In this document: positions 29,919-44,984 of the stretch, in pieces
Layout: the number at the start of each line of letters is the position of its first letter
Numbering within the stretch: the stretch's first letter is position 1
NCBI GenBank assembly: GCA_964016885.1
Contig: OZ024740.1
Span: 232,810,001 to 232,874,000, forward strand
From: Eledone cirrhosa
Taxonomy: Eukaryota
DNA length: 64,000 nt
Reading direction: 5' to 3'
Position numbers and translations under genes: made by a program
Notes under the pieces: model-generated
Database searches by the model: none
What the model saw: the letters and a program-made list of their open reading frames with translations, nothing else
Told to the model about the DNA's origin: nothing

Positions 29919-30317
29919 TCCCGCCGAGGTTGACTTTGCCTTTCATCCTTACGGGGTCGATAAAATAAATTACTAGTAATGCACTGGGTAATTGCTGGCC
30001 TTGTGCCTAAAGTAGAAACAATTATTTTGCGTATATGAAAGGCAAAATTAACCTTCAAATCCCACCGAGGCTAACTTTGCCTTTCATCCTTACGGGGCCG
30101 ATAAAATAAAGTACCAGTAATGCACTGGGTAATTGCTGGCCTTGTGCCTAAAGTAGAAACAATTATTTTGCGTATATGAAAGGCAAAGTTAACCTTCAAA
30201 TCCCACCGAGGCTAACTTTGCCTTTCATCCTCACGGGGCCGATAAAATAAAGTACCAGTAATGCACTGGGTAATTGGTGACCTTGTACCCAAAGTAGAAA
30301 CAATTATTTTGCGTATA
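29919..30317 (+). mobile_element. Three tandem 5'-truncated SINE units
   Basis: ~135-bp units, each ending aacaattattttgcgtatat. Confidence 0.9.
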
Positions 30318-31037
30318 TCTGGATTTAAATTTTATAAAAAGATCTTTCGCTTACTTTAATCATCATGGTTGAAGACCACAGTGGAGTTCAGTTGTGTATA
30401 TTTTCAAATATTTGTTTGTAAGAAAAGAGTGTAATCGATATAAATGACTCCACCTTTTGGATGGTATTTACTGAATTGTTTCTAAAAAACAATGCAAGCA
30501 GGAATAAACTAACAAAAACATGTGTGGCCATGTGGCTATTCTGGGATCCAAGTACTTTGAGTAATTCTATCGACTCTGTTATCCCATAAACTTATGAAAT
30601 ATTATCTAAGAGAAAATATTTAAGCCATAGTTGAGTGAGTGAACCTCAGGACACATCACTAGTATTAGCCCTTCAAACTTGCAAATAGAGTTGTCTAATA
30701 TCCCCCAAATAGTGCCCTTACATGTTAAACAAGAAAACCACATTGTTTTGCGGGATACTAGGTGAGACAGGAGCGTCTTTGATTAGTTTTGATCAACCTT
30801 AGTTCAACTGGTGCTGATTAACAACAACTAATACTAATTTTAACAATTGCAGCCGAGATGTAAATATTATATATAAATATACATATATATATACTCACAT
30901 AAACACACTCATTAACGAATTCTAGATCGATTTAGATATAAATATACACACTCATAGAGGCGTTTGTCTGTGCGCGAGTGTATACATCTGTACAGATATA
31001 TATATATATATATATATACACACCCACACACCCCCGC

Positions 31038-31071
<34 letters not shown>

Positions 31072-31116
31072 ATATATATACACACACACATATATATAGA
31101 TAGATATATACACACA

Positions 31117-31143
<27 letters not shown>

Positions 31144-31150
<7 letters not shown>

Positions 31151-31820
31151 TAAAATTAGTCCTTCATCAGTGATCTTCCAACTTTCATTGGTATTTCATC
31201 GCTTTAAAAATCATATACCTCTGGTTGGTGCGAGCAATAACAAATAAAGTTATTGGGACAAGTAAAATAGGGTGAAACGAGCGAGACATGTAAACAAACA
31301 GCGATGGTATGGCAACGGAAAGATAGGAAGAGACAAGCACATGACATCTGTAAGCTTAAGCTTGTTGAATTCATGGGCGAGAGATACAGACCATTCGACA
31401 TGGGGGAGATGTAAGCGGCTGGTCTCTTCCTCACACTTCCACTCACTCACTCTCTGCTCTCCCCCTCTCTCACTTCATCCCGTTTGACCTGTGTGAAATC
31501 CTTTTCTCGCTCACATCTCACCCATGTCGGATGGTCTGTATCTCTCGCCCATGAATTCACCAAGCTTAAGCTTACAGATTTCATGTGCTTGTCTCTTCCT
31601 ATCTTTCCGTTGCCATACCATCGTTGTTTGTTTACATGTCTCGCTCGTTTCACCCTATTTTACTTGTCCCAATAACTTTATTTGTTATTACTCGCGCCAA
31701 CTAGAGGTATATGATTTTTAAAGCGATGAAATACCAATGAAAGTTGGAAGATCACTGATGAAGGACTAATTTTATTCATATGTAACCCATGTGCAACCAC
31801 GCAGCGCTCCATTTTTCTTA
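31144..31820 (+). mobile_element. Large fold-back element: ~270-bp arms, 100-bp spacer, one-sided tail
   Basis: 31144-31412 is the reverse complement of 31513-31781 with few mismatches; flanked by (TA)n; related to 49316-50054. Confidence 0.9.
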
Positions 31821-31943
31821 TATATATATACATATATATTTATTTATTTATATAAGAATCTGCATTTAAAATATCAGACATTAAGATAATGAACTGTGTG
31901 TGTGTGGGGGGGGGGGGGGGGTATGTATGTGTGTGTGTGGGTG

Positions 31944-32140
31944 AAGATGTGTGGCTGAGTGGTTAAAGAAATGGATTCGCAATCGTGAGGTTGTGATTTT
32001 CACTCCCAGACCGGGTGTTGCGTTATGGTCTTGAGCAAGACACTTTATTTCACGTTGCTCCTTCTATCTGGATATGCGACTGACAGATAGTATTAGCAAC
32101 TGGAAAGAACAATGGAAACATTGTTTCCTAAGTCCGATTT
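31944..32140 (+). mobile_element. Second tRNA-derived SINE family, CORE-like
   Basis: A box gtggctgagtggttaa; CORE-like tcttgagcaagacacttt. Confidence 0.6.
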
Positions 32141-33413
32141 GACTAGCTCCACCCCACTCATTAAACGAATGAGGTCTGGGATCTTGTCGATCGACTGTCG
32201 ATATATGTATGTGTCTGTATATATATATATATGTGTGTGTGAGTGTGTGTGCGTGTGCGCATATGTGTGTATATATATGTACATATATGGGGGGAAAGAG
32301 TGGTTGTGAGAGGAAGGAAAAGTGCTTTATTTTAAGAAGACGACTGTAGTTAGTGATTTAATGCATGATTATTTGCTATGTAGAAGGTACAATAATTTAA
32401 CACATAATTATATATCTATATATAAGAGAGAAAATTTGGGAGAGAGTGAGAGATAACGATAAAGAGAAAGGGATAGAGAGAAATATGCATGATAATGTTT
32501 TTTGTCTGGAAGTCATATCTAAGATATCTCTCTGACAAGGCTGTTTATTGTATAGATTAACAAAAATAAAAAGACTGTATTTATTCAGTTTTCAAAAACA
32601 AAAGTCATAATTCTATTTACAATTTGTCTAAGTTCATGATTACAAAGAAAAAAGAGCAACTGTAATTAATTTCCTTGTGTTGCGCTCCTGGTCTGAGCAT
32701 ATAACTCTAGTTTTCCTGTTTGAATAAAAAGTAAAAATAGGAGTTTATTTTCTATACTCGGTTGGTTTGTTTTTAGTACGAATTGACATCCAACAATTTA
32801 ACCCATTAAATACAACACCCCAGACACTCAAGCGAGGGTGTGCCGATTTCATGCTGATGAAAAAAAAGAAGAAAGAACACCATATTATCAAATTACGACA
32901 CACATGCATAAACATTATGAAATTCGTCAAGTCAAATAAGTTCCCATTGCAGAAATACATGAAATATGATTTTTTCGAAATGGGCCTCATTCATGAAAAT
33001 ATAATTCCGGTTAATGGTCTTAAACCACTTTACGAAATCGATTACCTGCTGAAGGATTGAAGGTCTAAATCACACTAGTACTTCCCTGGTACCTTATTTT
33101 ATTCATCTAGAACAATGAAATTCCAAGTTTACCACTGTTGGATATGAGATAAGGACGTCGAGTTACGTGAATAAATGCGGACGGCATTTGTCCTCCTTTG
33201 TCAAATTTGCTGATGAACATCCACATTCTAATTAAGTAGTGTTTATTTCTAGACTTGATGGAATGAAGAACGATGATATTAAGTTTGGTGAATATGAAAC
33301 CAGAACGTATCAAGGTGTAAATAAAATCTATTGGCATTCGTTTAATTTAATTGTAATAACAATGGGCTAAATTAATTGCGGACCTGAGCCAAAGGGGCTG
33401 GATATACAGTAAT

Positions 33414-34512
33414 AATTGTTTATACTTTTGGCATAAGGCCAACAATTACCAAGTGCATTACTGGTACTTTATTTTATCGACCCCATAAGGATGAAAATCA
33501 AAGTTAACAATGGCGGGATTTGAACTCAGAATGGCAAGAGCCGTAACTCTATGCGTGAAAGCATGGCGTCCGACACTCTACCGATACTGCCAATCCACCG
33601 CCCTGTAATAATTGTTTCTACTTTTGGCACAAGGTCAGCCATTATCCAGTGTATTACTGGTACTTTATTTTATCGACCCAATAAGGATGAAAGGCAAAGT
33701 TAACCTCGGCGGGATTTGAACTCAGAATGGCAAAGGCCGTAACTCTATGCGTCCTGTAATAATGAAATATAAACACACAAAAAGAGAGCGAAGAATTATA
33801 TACTAACTACAAAAGTAATTGTTTCTACTTTTGGCACAAAACCAGCAATTATGGCAGTGCATTACTGGTACTTTATTTTATCGACCGCGTAAGGATGAAA
33901 GGCAAAGTTAACCTCGGCGGGATTTAAACATAGATGAGGTTAACTTTGCCTTTCATTCTTATAGGGTCGATAAAATGAAGTACCAGTTATGCACTGAGAT
34001 AATTGTTGACCTTGAGCCAAAAGTAGAAACAATTATTTTTGTAGTCAGTATAAATTCTTCGCTGACTACAAAAATAATGGTTTCTGATTTCGGTACAAGG
34101 CCAACCATTTTGGGAGAGGGGGGAAGTCGATTAAATCGACCCCAGTGCATTACTCGTACTTTATTTCATCGACCGCGTAAGGATGAAAGGCAAAGCTAAT
34201 CTCAGCGAGTTTTGAACTCGCAGCGTAAATGGCCATAACTCTATGCCGCAAAACATATTATCCCATACGCTACCAACACTGCGAATCCATGGCCCCAAAG
34301 TAATAAAAATCAACGACAAATAATAGATTAATAATTGTTTCTACTTTTGGAACAAGGCCAGCAAATTAGCCAGTACATTACTGGTACTTTATTTCATCGA
34401 ACCCGTAAGGATGTAAGGCAAAGTTAACCTCGACGAGATTTGAACTCAGACAGTAAAAGGACGTAACTATGCTAGAAACCATGGTGTCCAACCCTCTACC
34501 GATACTGCTAAT
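33414..34512. mobile_element. Cluster of six SINE copies (five -, one +)
   Basis: Copies at ~33414, 33611, 33817, 33937(+), 34077, 34333. Confidence 0.9.
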
Positions 34513-35060
34513 TAGAATAATAATAGCATTTAACAAGAAAGATACTTAATATGGGAGCAAATTTACAAGGGGATGCACAGCACCAATACGCAACCGCATA
34601 TTATACTTACCTACTAAAGTCAAATAGCATTTAGTATTTGTTGCTGCTAGCCTACAGCCACATAGAGTGAGCCGATTTTCGAGCTGCAGTATCGCCAGTC
34701 TAAAAACACCATATATAATGATATAGGCCGTCATATATTAATCGCTAAAACGTTTCAAAATGTAGAGACAAGGGTGATAAATTAAATGAAGTCACTCTAC
34801 TACAAAACGCTTATAAGTTGTCGCCCCAAGGAAAATTATACTGCAAAATATACAGTTGATTAACTCAAATAGGGGAGTGTACGAGTTTAGATTTTTTGGT
34901 TAAGAAATTATATATTTACGTAGGGATCTGTCTCGAAGAAATATATGTATGCATGTTTAAATATGCTTATGTGCTAAAAATACCACCGAAGTGTTTGCAA
35001 GACGGTACATTAGCAGTCATATATGTATATATAATATATATGTATATATAATATATATAT

Positions 35061-35141
<81 letters not shown>

Positions 35142-35251
35142 CTGTATGTATATATAATATATATATATATATATAAATATAAATATAAATATAAATATAT
35201 ATGTATGTATATATAATTATATATATATATAAATATAAATATATATGTATG

Positions 35252-35302
<51 letters not shown>

Positions 35303-35389
35303 ATATAATATATATATATAAATATATATAAATATATATGTATGTATATATAATATATATATATAAATATATATAAATATATATGTATG

Positions 35390-35433
<44 letters not shown>

Positions 35434-35744
35434 TCTATATGTGTGCGTGTTTGTGTTTATATGCGTGTGTGTATAACTTTAGAAATCTTCATAGACATTA
35501 TTTAATGCACCGTAGGAGCTACATGGTTGTTTTTATGAACAGGATATAAGTTATTTTTAAAAAGTCACATCTAATTTTGTATTGCATATATAAATCTGTA
35601 TTGTATTTCACTAGTGCCTTAATTACTGTTAGTTAATATAATAATTTCCAGGTTGTATTATTGTTGAATATGTCATAACATAATGAAATAAACGAATTGC
35701 GCTAAGAGCATAATAACTTCTATTTTGGCAGCAAAAAGAGGATA

Positions 35745-35850
<106 letters not shown>

Positions 35851-35920
35851 CGTTATAGTCACTTATATATTATGAAATACTGTTGGCTTCACGCTCACAA
35901 TAATTTCTATACCTTCCATT

Positions 35921-35954
<34 letters not shown>

Positions 35955-36024
35955 ATATATAATAAAGTACCAGTAAGACACTGGGTAATTGCTGGCCTTG
36001 TGCCTAAAGTAGAAACAATTATAT

Positions 36025-36061
<37 letters not shown>

Positions 36062-36186
36062 ATATATATATATATATACAGACACACACACACACATACT
36101 AATGTATATATATGTGTTTGTGTGTGAATTTATATATATATATGCAAATAGACACACATGCACACATACACACACACATATATATG

Positions 36187-36246
<60 letters not shown>

Positions 36247-36642
36247 GTGATAGGAAGGGAACAGCTGTAGAAAGCTTGCAAAATAAAGGGTTGGGAGGAC
36301 TACTCAGTCGTGTCATAGACTGACAACCTCCATAGTGCTGGTGACCCACGCGATATACGCACACGGTACATGTTGTAAAGTGGTCGGTAATAGGAAGGGC
36401 ATCCAGCTGTTGAAAGCTTACCAAACAAAGAGTTAGAGGGTGTCCTTCTGTTGTGATAACCTCTCTGGTGCACTTGGTAGAACGTGAGACCATACGTAAG
36501 TGAGATGCAGACCCTCTCATGTGATGGGAGGTCAGCAGCTCCGCTACAGTTGTTGCCTTGGTCTATGTAGACCTATCCAATTCTTGATAGCAGGGAAAGC
36601 GAACGTAAAATGGTGGTATATATATGTATATATATACATATT

Positions 36643-36787
<145 letters not shown>

Positions 36788-37589
36788 ATATGTATGTATA
36801 TATCCTATACATACTAACTGAATATGCTTCAGTTTTATCATTTCTTAAAAGATCTTTATCTAGTTTTGAAAAATCGCTTTCATAAATCTAAGTGTAAATA
36901 AATATTTCAAGGCATTCTCAGTCCCGTTTTCAGAATCAGAATGGTCGTAGTAGTGGCATTAGTTTATACGATTTGCAGTGGTCGTCATTGGAGTGGTAGA
37001 AATTCGTTGGCGATTGATTTCAAACTTTTCAAGCTTTGATGCATTGCAGCTGGTCTTACGTATATTGTATTCGTGTGTTAAGTTTTGGTTTTGCTGTCAT
37101 GTATGTTGTTTCTGTGAGTTTTGTTTTCATGTTTGATATTTGTAAGAACTCAATAGCTACTTACCTTCTTTTTTGTATAAAATTCTATATAGATATTAAT
37201 TGTTATCAGCTAATGGCCTTCATAAAAGCCTAGCATTAGTGTTAACTGTTAATCTGATGCATAGAACGTACTGCAAATGATCAAGATAATTGTGGCGAAG
37301 AGGGTGTACTGCTTCTCAGCAAATTGAAAGGTGGATGAGAGCAGCGAGCATATTCGGTGTGATAGGGCCCGCTCAGAGCTAACACTTTTAGTAGTGTACA
37401 ATTGTAACAAGGCAACTACCAGGATAACCTTTGCTTTTCGTGAATATTTGTTGTCGGAAGTTTACTCCTTTTGAGAAATGTTCTTTCTTTGACTTTATTG
37501 TTACTCATATTGCTTTTGTTTTCATTATTTCACCTTTTTACACGTTTATAAATAAATATACATTATAATGCAATCGTCCAGTGTCCATA

Positions 37590-38160
37590 TGTATTACTGA
37601 CTTGTGCAGTTATGTCGAACTGCTGTTGTCACGTGTGGGACGGATCCGGCTATCAACCGAGTCCATAGTGAAGATGGCCTCACCACATTCTTTTGACTGG
37701 GAAGGGCAGGCAGTCTTCTTCTGCCTGGTGGCGGTAGCGAAAGGGGTTGTATGATTGACCAGGTTGAAAGGACTGAAGAGAGATACTTTTCTCTTCGGCC
37801 AATCCCTCATTAACTTTTTCAAATTTCATTTGGAAAGGAAAGTGAGGGTGGAGAGAGAAGTGCTGCCCCCAGTAAATTTGCTGAAAGATGAATGGATGTG
37901 GCAAGAATGACGCCGAGCATGAGTCTGTAGGCTGGCTAATTTGAGGAGGAGAGGTGTACCCTTCCCTGGTGCTTTCGAAGCATCGGGTGTTTCAGGATTG
38001 GTGGGGTACCTGAGCCCCCATTGGAGAATTTTCATTGCTGTATTTTTCGTTATTTATATGTTTTACACGTATTTATGTAAAAAACCCACAGTCCCTGTCT
38101 TTTGTATTGTCCCCTATATGTCGGCCCTTGTGGCCAATTCAGAAATTATTATTATTATTA

Positions 38161-38210
<50 letters not shown>
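37590..38210 (+). mobile_element. Decayed L1/Tx1-like LINE 3' end with an (ATT)n tail
   Basis: VAVAKGVV*LTRLKGL..FFKFHLERKVRVERE pattern, followed by a UTR and (ATT)n. Confidence 0.55.
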
Positions 38211-38288
38211 CTTGTAGTCCCTGACCAGAATGGGCCGCCAGACTGGGCGTATGCAGGATATTGTCCGAGGGGTAAGTACTTGAACGTC

Positions 38289-38400
<112 letters not shown>

Positions 38401-39949
38401 CGTGTGTGTTATCATTGTTACGACATTAAAGGGTCTTTTAAGATTTAGCCATCCGTTATGTTGTTGTTTTTTTTACTGATGTTTTTACTTTTATTTTTAT
38501 CCAATACAATCTGAGTCTCCTCTGATCAAGCAGTCTTATTATTCTTAAATTGTTTACCGAACGATGAGGTCCCTTTCACACGTCCTTTGTCCCAGTTTTA
38601 ACTTCATATTCGTCTAGTTGACGTGGGCACACCACTGCCAAACATGCAGTGATGGATTCATTCTGTGTGGTGCAATGTGATGGTTTCGATGTATTAGACT
38701 CTCTTCCCTATTCCCTATCTTGGTGTTCGTTCGTGTTAGTTATTTTGCTGGTGTTATTTTGCTGGTGTTCTCGGTGGTTCTATTCTTGTTGATATTGTTG
38801 TTATTTGTCTTAGATTTACGGTATGTCAAATATGTACGTATCTATATATAGTATTAGTTTATTTACTGTGATAATGTTGTTGGTATTAGTATTACTATAA
38901 TACTTCATAGAGACATTAGGTCTTATCTATTCTATAGAGACGATTAAAAGACTTTAGACCTGAAAAATGTTACCTTTGATGTGATTACCTCATTAATTGT
39001 CTCTTTAAAAACAGTAAAGGGTGGAGATTTATTTCTGTATCACGTTTAGTTACTGTTGTCTTGAGCCAGTAAATGTCAGCTTCAAACATTGTAGTCATAA
39101 TAACTACAGAAACAGTTACGTGTGTTTGGTTTTATGCGAAGCTGCTCAGAATATAAATATGCATACACACATATGTACATGTACATATATTCATACATAC
39201 GTGCATACACACATAAACACACACACATTCATACATACTGCATACATTCACAAACATTCTGAAACATATACAAACATACACACATATATATATATATACA
39301 TGAGTACACATTCACATACATACGTACAGAGAGGCACAATATATGTAAGAATCTAATTGTTTGCCCAATCACCACACTACCGAAACAATGGACATTGGAG
39401 AATGTGGCTTTATATACACTAAGTTTGAACAAAATACAAAATGGTCATGGCTGGAATGTCCTTTGATCATAGATTTATTGGTTAGGATATATATTGGGGT
39501 AAACAACAACACGCATAATCACACATTTACACACTAATACATACAATCACAAGATAAAAAAAAAAAAAGCCATACACAATCATACGTTAACAAACAAACG
39601 CAACATTCTCGACGAAGAAAATAATTTGTTCCAGGTTCTTGGTTCCGTCATGTTCAGACTTTCATCAGTCCCACATCACCTAACTCTCTCTACCTCACTC
39701 TCTCTTTCTTCCTCTTCCACCTGCTACATTTCTACCAGAATATATGTATTTCTTATCTGTCTATTGTTGTTGTTGTTAATGTTGCTTTGGTTTTATTCAT
39801 TCATTCATGGCCTTCGTTTCGTTTCATGGACGATCATGATGTTTCTGTTAATATGTTTCTTCCTGTGTGTTGTCTATTGTCTATTGTGTCTGCTCTTGTT
39901 AAAAAAAACTGTTGTTGGTAATGTTGTCTCTGCTGATGCAGCAGCAGTA

Positions 39950-40037
39950 GCAACAGTAGTGGTGGTAGTAGTAGTAGTAGTAGTAGGAGTAGGAGTAGTA
40001 GTCACGGTGTTAGTGGCAGTAGTAGTAGTAGTAGTAT

Positions 40038-40073
<36 letters not shown>

Positions 40074-40139
40074 CAGCTATGGTGTTGGTGGCAGTAGTAG
40101 CATTAGTATAAGTAGTATTAGTATTAGTAATAGTGATAA

Positions 40140-40206
<67 letters not shown>

Positions 40207-40252
40207 TGTTGTAGAAGTATTGGTAGTGATGATGGTGGTAGTATTGGTAGTA
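39950..40252. repeat. (AGT)n trinucleotide array
   Basis: Direct observation. Confidence 0.95.
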
Positions 40253-40702
40253 ATAGATGTATTTGTATATTCATTGCATGCAAAGTTACAACAGATATAG
40301 CTCTTTATGGAGTGGGAGTGTATAAGTTCGAAATTTTGTGACTCGTGGTTACTTACATCTAGATCTACATGCATAGGTGGTACACAAACACACACACATA
40401 CAAACACACACACACTTGCACACACTAACGTACTGTGTTACAACTACGCACAAATATCGTAGATTGCAACGAAAAGAGATACTAATTTATGAACACTGCC
40501 TAGCTATGTACCACGAGCACCCGAAACCCACCCAAAACTTTACACGTTTCTTTTCCTCTTCTTTACTTTATCTCACTCATTAAACTCCTGTAAAACGTCA
40601 TTGCCCACACTTTCTCCACCTCCACCAATTTGGAACTCAATGAAGCCAGATTTTGAGAAAAATAGACTCGCAAATCTTCAGTTATGATTACAAATCTAAA
40701 TC

Positions 40703-41030
40703 ATCATCATCATGGTCCCTTAACCCTTTTCGGGGTCGTTAGGCCACTGCAGAGTTTAAGACTGCACCAACTGCTCCTATATCTGGCGGCCATGAACGAT
40801 TGCTTGGGCTGTGGCAATGTTCTTTCCTGTTCACTCAGCTATGTTGTCTATCCATCGCTTCTTCTCTCTACCCCGTCTTCTTTTTGCCCGCACTGTTCCT
40901 TGGAGTATTATCTTAGAGATTCCGTCCTATGTTGTTATATACTCATACAACCTCAACATTCTCCTCTTCACTGTGGTCAGCAGATCTTTAAAGTGTTTCA
41001 CATGATGGATGATTCTTTTGTGGACCTACT
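40703..41030 (-). mobile_element. RTE-clade LINE 3' fragment
   Basis: Reverse strand ILQGTVRAKRRRGREKKRWIDNI; (GAT)n tail. Confidence 0.75.
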
Positions 41031-41175
41031 ATGTGTCAGTATTTATAAATGTAAATATAAGTATATAATGTTTTTCTTCGGCATATCATTTGTGGCTAAA
41101 ATATATGTGAAATTGTGTGGAAGATGACCTAATGCTGAAAGATCCACAGTTTTGGTCAAATTTATGCACACATAT

Positions 41176-41226
<51 letters not shown>

Positions 41227-42359
41227 GTATGTACATATTATGTCTCGTACATTTGAATATTATCGCGCAACCTTAGATGTTATCGACCGACAAAATTGCA
41301 CATTCGAAATCGATGATTGTCAACCACTTCTTCAGACGCAAATTTACGAAATGTCTCAACGAGGTCCGTCATTATTTTGAACAACACAATTGTTGCATGA
41401 GTCACAACATCTGACAAAATACAAGATTTCAGAATTAAGAGCCCAAGCGAAGTGTCATGAAAAAGAATGGAATTAATGATTGGCCCATGGGAATTTATAA
41501 CAGCCCACACTAATGTTCACAAAGGCACGATATTATATATATATATATACATAAGGAAGACTAAAATCCGAAGAGGGCTCGATATATACTCTTTTACTCT
41601 TTACCTTTTCCAGCCATCCGGTTGGGGCCATGCTGGGGCACCGCCCTATATATACATATATATTTATATAATATTTATATAAATCTGTAGAGCAAATATT
41701 TATTATAAGAGCAGATTAAAGTTTAAGCAAAGAATCGCTGCTTTCTTATAATATATGTATATATATATATATGTTTGTTTGTGTGTGTGTATGTGAATAT
41801 GTATATAATCTACATGTAAGACTGCGCGAGTCTGTGCAAAAGATGTTGAAGTAGTGCGCGATGCTTTTTGTAGATGTGAAGATTCGGGCGTTTGACAGCT
41901 TTCCTCTCTTCACCCACCACACCTAATCCTGAAACAATACAACGTAAAAGAAGAAGGTTCTTACTATAACCACGAAGCAACTCTCCACCTTCCCACCAAC
42001 CTACATATGTACGCATGAATTCTTCCCATCACTGCTGCTGACTGGTTCATATTCTTTGTGTTGGTTCCGTCATAAAGTGACAGCCAGTTGTTAACAGAAA
42101 TGGTCTGGTCTTGCATTAATTGGTCGTGAGGGCTTCCTTTGTTTTCTTGTAAAGTTGACGCCGCCCAGCCATTCCTGGCATTAATGGCCGGCGTCTTGTT
42201 CGCTATAAGAGGCTGGTGGGTGGTTGAATAAAGGAGGGAGTGAGTGAGTGAGTGATGGCGGTGATTATGATCATTTGTTTTGGTTGTTTGGCAGATAGGC
42301 GCGCGTTAGTGTTTACACATACATATAAACATACACACACACTCACACATTCACCCCCC

Positions 42360-42399
<40 letters not shown>

Positions 42400-42668
42400 A
42401 ACAGTATTCATGTGCGAGTTATTTCTAAATTATGTACAGGAAATGTGTGTATGTCCTTATTAAATACATATATATATTTTTTTTAAATATCACTAATACA
42501 TTGAGTATTCTTAATATGCATTCTTACACATTTTTGCAAATGTATTATAAATATGTATGTCCTACGCACACATATACTCATACATACATACACATATACA
42601 CAAACACACACGCATGAACATAGTCCCACTTCGTTCCACTTTCACTCACATGCATACAGATATATACC

Positions 42669-42734
<66 letters not shown>

Positions 42735-43230
42735 TATATACATATATATATATGGTTGTGTGCGTGTGGCTGTTTGTATCTTTTTGTGTGAGTGTCTTTT
42801 TATCTCTATACATCTATATCACCGAGAAATAATGTATTGGATTGTATCGCTTATATGAAAGCCTTTGGATAGAATTAGTAAGAGACCACAGGCGTGCAAT
42901 CTGTTCCTTGTGTTTCTTCTACTAATTCATTCAAATACTGGAGCATACATTCGTAGATGTACACATGTATAGACACATAAATACAGACAAATGTTTCACG
43001 AATTTGATATGTTTTTATATTCATTTGTTTGTTTGTTCCGAGATTTCTAAATCATATAGTCTACATTTCAAATATATATATATATATGTATATATAACGG
43101 CGGAGATGTAGTAAGGAACCAGATGGACCATAACGCACCAGAGTACTCAATACTTTGGGTAGTAGAGTGGGTAATAGAAAAAAGTTTAAACCCGACGGCA
43201 GACCTCAAGCCGTTTCGACGGCTATTTCTG

Positions 43231-43293
<63 letters not shown>

Positions 43294-43311
43294 GAGAGAG
43301 AGACACAGAGA

Positions 43312-43431
<120 letters not shown>

Positions 43432-43629
43432 TATATATATGTATGTATATATGTATGTATATTAAAGCTAGAGAAAACAATACCATATTCTTGAGCAAAT
43501 ATATTTAATGGCTGACAATTGTTTCGGGACCCATATCAGAATTCTTCACATACAGATGATAATTAACATCCTTATAACTAATCACTTATCCTCTTCTTCG
43601 ATTAGTTTGTATGCATAATTTATATATAT

Positions 43630-43651
43630 ATATATCAACTAGAAATTGATT

Positions 43652-43695
<44 letters not shown>

Positions 43696-44305
43696 AAACA
43701 TGAAACAATCACAGGGAATAATTTGTAAAAGCACACATAGCTATGTAGGTAACTAATTAAAGTTTAACTCGAACTTTAAAAATGGATTAATCTTCCCTGT
43801 ATATATTTCACCGTCAACCATTCGGTAAACCACAGTAGCCAAATCCCTGATTTTCAACAAGGAAGGAGACTTAACTATCTGTGTTTACACAGCAAATCCA
43901 AATCTGCGAATGGCCAGTAGTACGTGTTGCACTTATCAAAAATACACACATCGTACCAGCTTCCTCTCAGTGGCGTGAATAGGGTTATCGACAACTAGAA
44001 ATAGCAGTCGAGTCCTTTCAACTGAGTTAGCTCAACAATTAAGGGGCCGTATATATATGTTCAAAATTAAATTAAATTAATTTAAGGGTGTCATGTCAGA
44101 GAGACATGCGCCATATCCACTGTAGAATATGCTCCAGGATTCCAATGAATAGATCCGAGCATTTTATATCAACTAGAAATTGATTGACATATATATATAT
44201 CTAAAATAAACATATGAAACAATCACAGGGAATAATTTGTAAAATTGTGTAAGCACACATAGCTATGTGGGTGACTAATTAAAGTTTAACTAGAACTTTA
44301 AAAAT
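43630..44305. repeat. ~140-bp direct repeats (43630-43783, 44165-44305) around a ~380-bp insert
   Basis: tatatcaactagaaattgattgac..aaacaatcacagggaataatttgtaaaa..aactttaaaaat occurs twice. Confidence 0.85.
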
Positions 44306-44529
44306 AAATACCTTATAAATGGATATATATATATGATGGTTTCTACATTTGGCACAAGGCTTCCAATTTGAAGGCAATGTGAAAGACGATTAAATCGACG
44401 CCCAGTGCCTTATTTTATTGACCCCCTAAGGATGAAAATTAAAGCTAAATCTCGGCATAAAGCGCCATAATCTCTATACCGCAGAGCATGTTGTACGGCG
44501 CTCTATCGATACTGCCAATTCACCACCCT

Positions 44530-44563
<34 letters not shown>

Positions 44564-44984
44564 TTCACACACACACACACACACACACACATCACGTATA
44601 TTTAATGATTTCTAGTATAGGCACAAGGCCAGTAATTTTTGGGGTGGCGAGGGGCGTCTATTAAATCGACCCCAGTGCATTACTGCTACTTTATTTCATC
44701 GACCCCGTAATGAAAGCATATCGATATAGAAAATATCGACTCGCTGTACCATAGCCCTAAACCGAAAATTTGGCGCTAAAACATCAAAAGCAGAGGCCAC
44801 ACAAACAAATAATGTTGGGTACAACACTGTTAATATCTTGTATAAAAACAGAAGGAAGTAGAACATTTAAAATATTACTTACATTAGATTAGCAATACAT
44901 ATATAGTCTTGGGTTTCGAATAAAGAGAGGGGTGGGTAACCTTTCTAGGTTGTCTCCCTTTATTTGTTTTTTAATCGAAAATTA

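Noticed and set aside
29919-30317. CRISPR-like repeat array
   Set aside because: Eukaryotic SINE tandem without unique spacers or cas genes.
39626-40425. Thr-rich mucin-like and Val-rich ORFs
   Set aside because: Product of the (AGT)n microsatellite; no splice or domain support.
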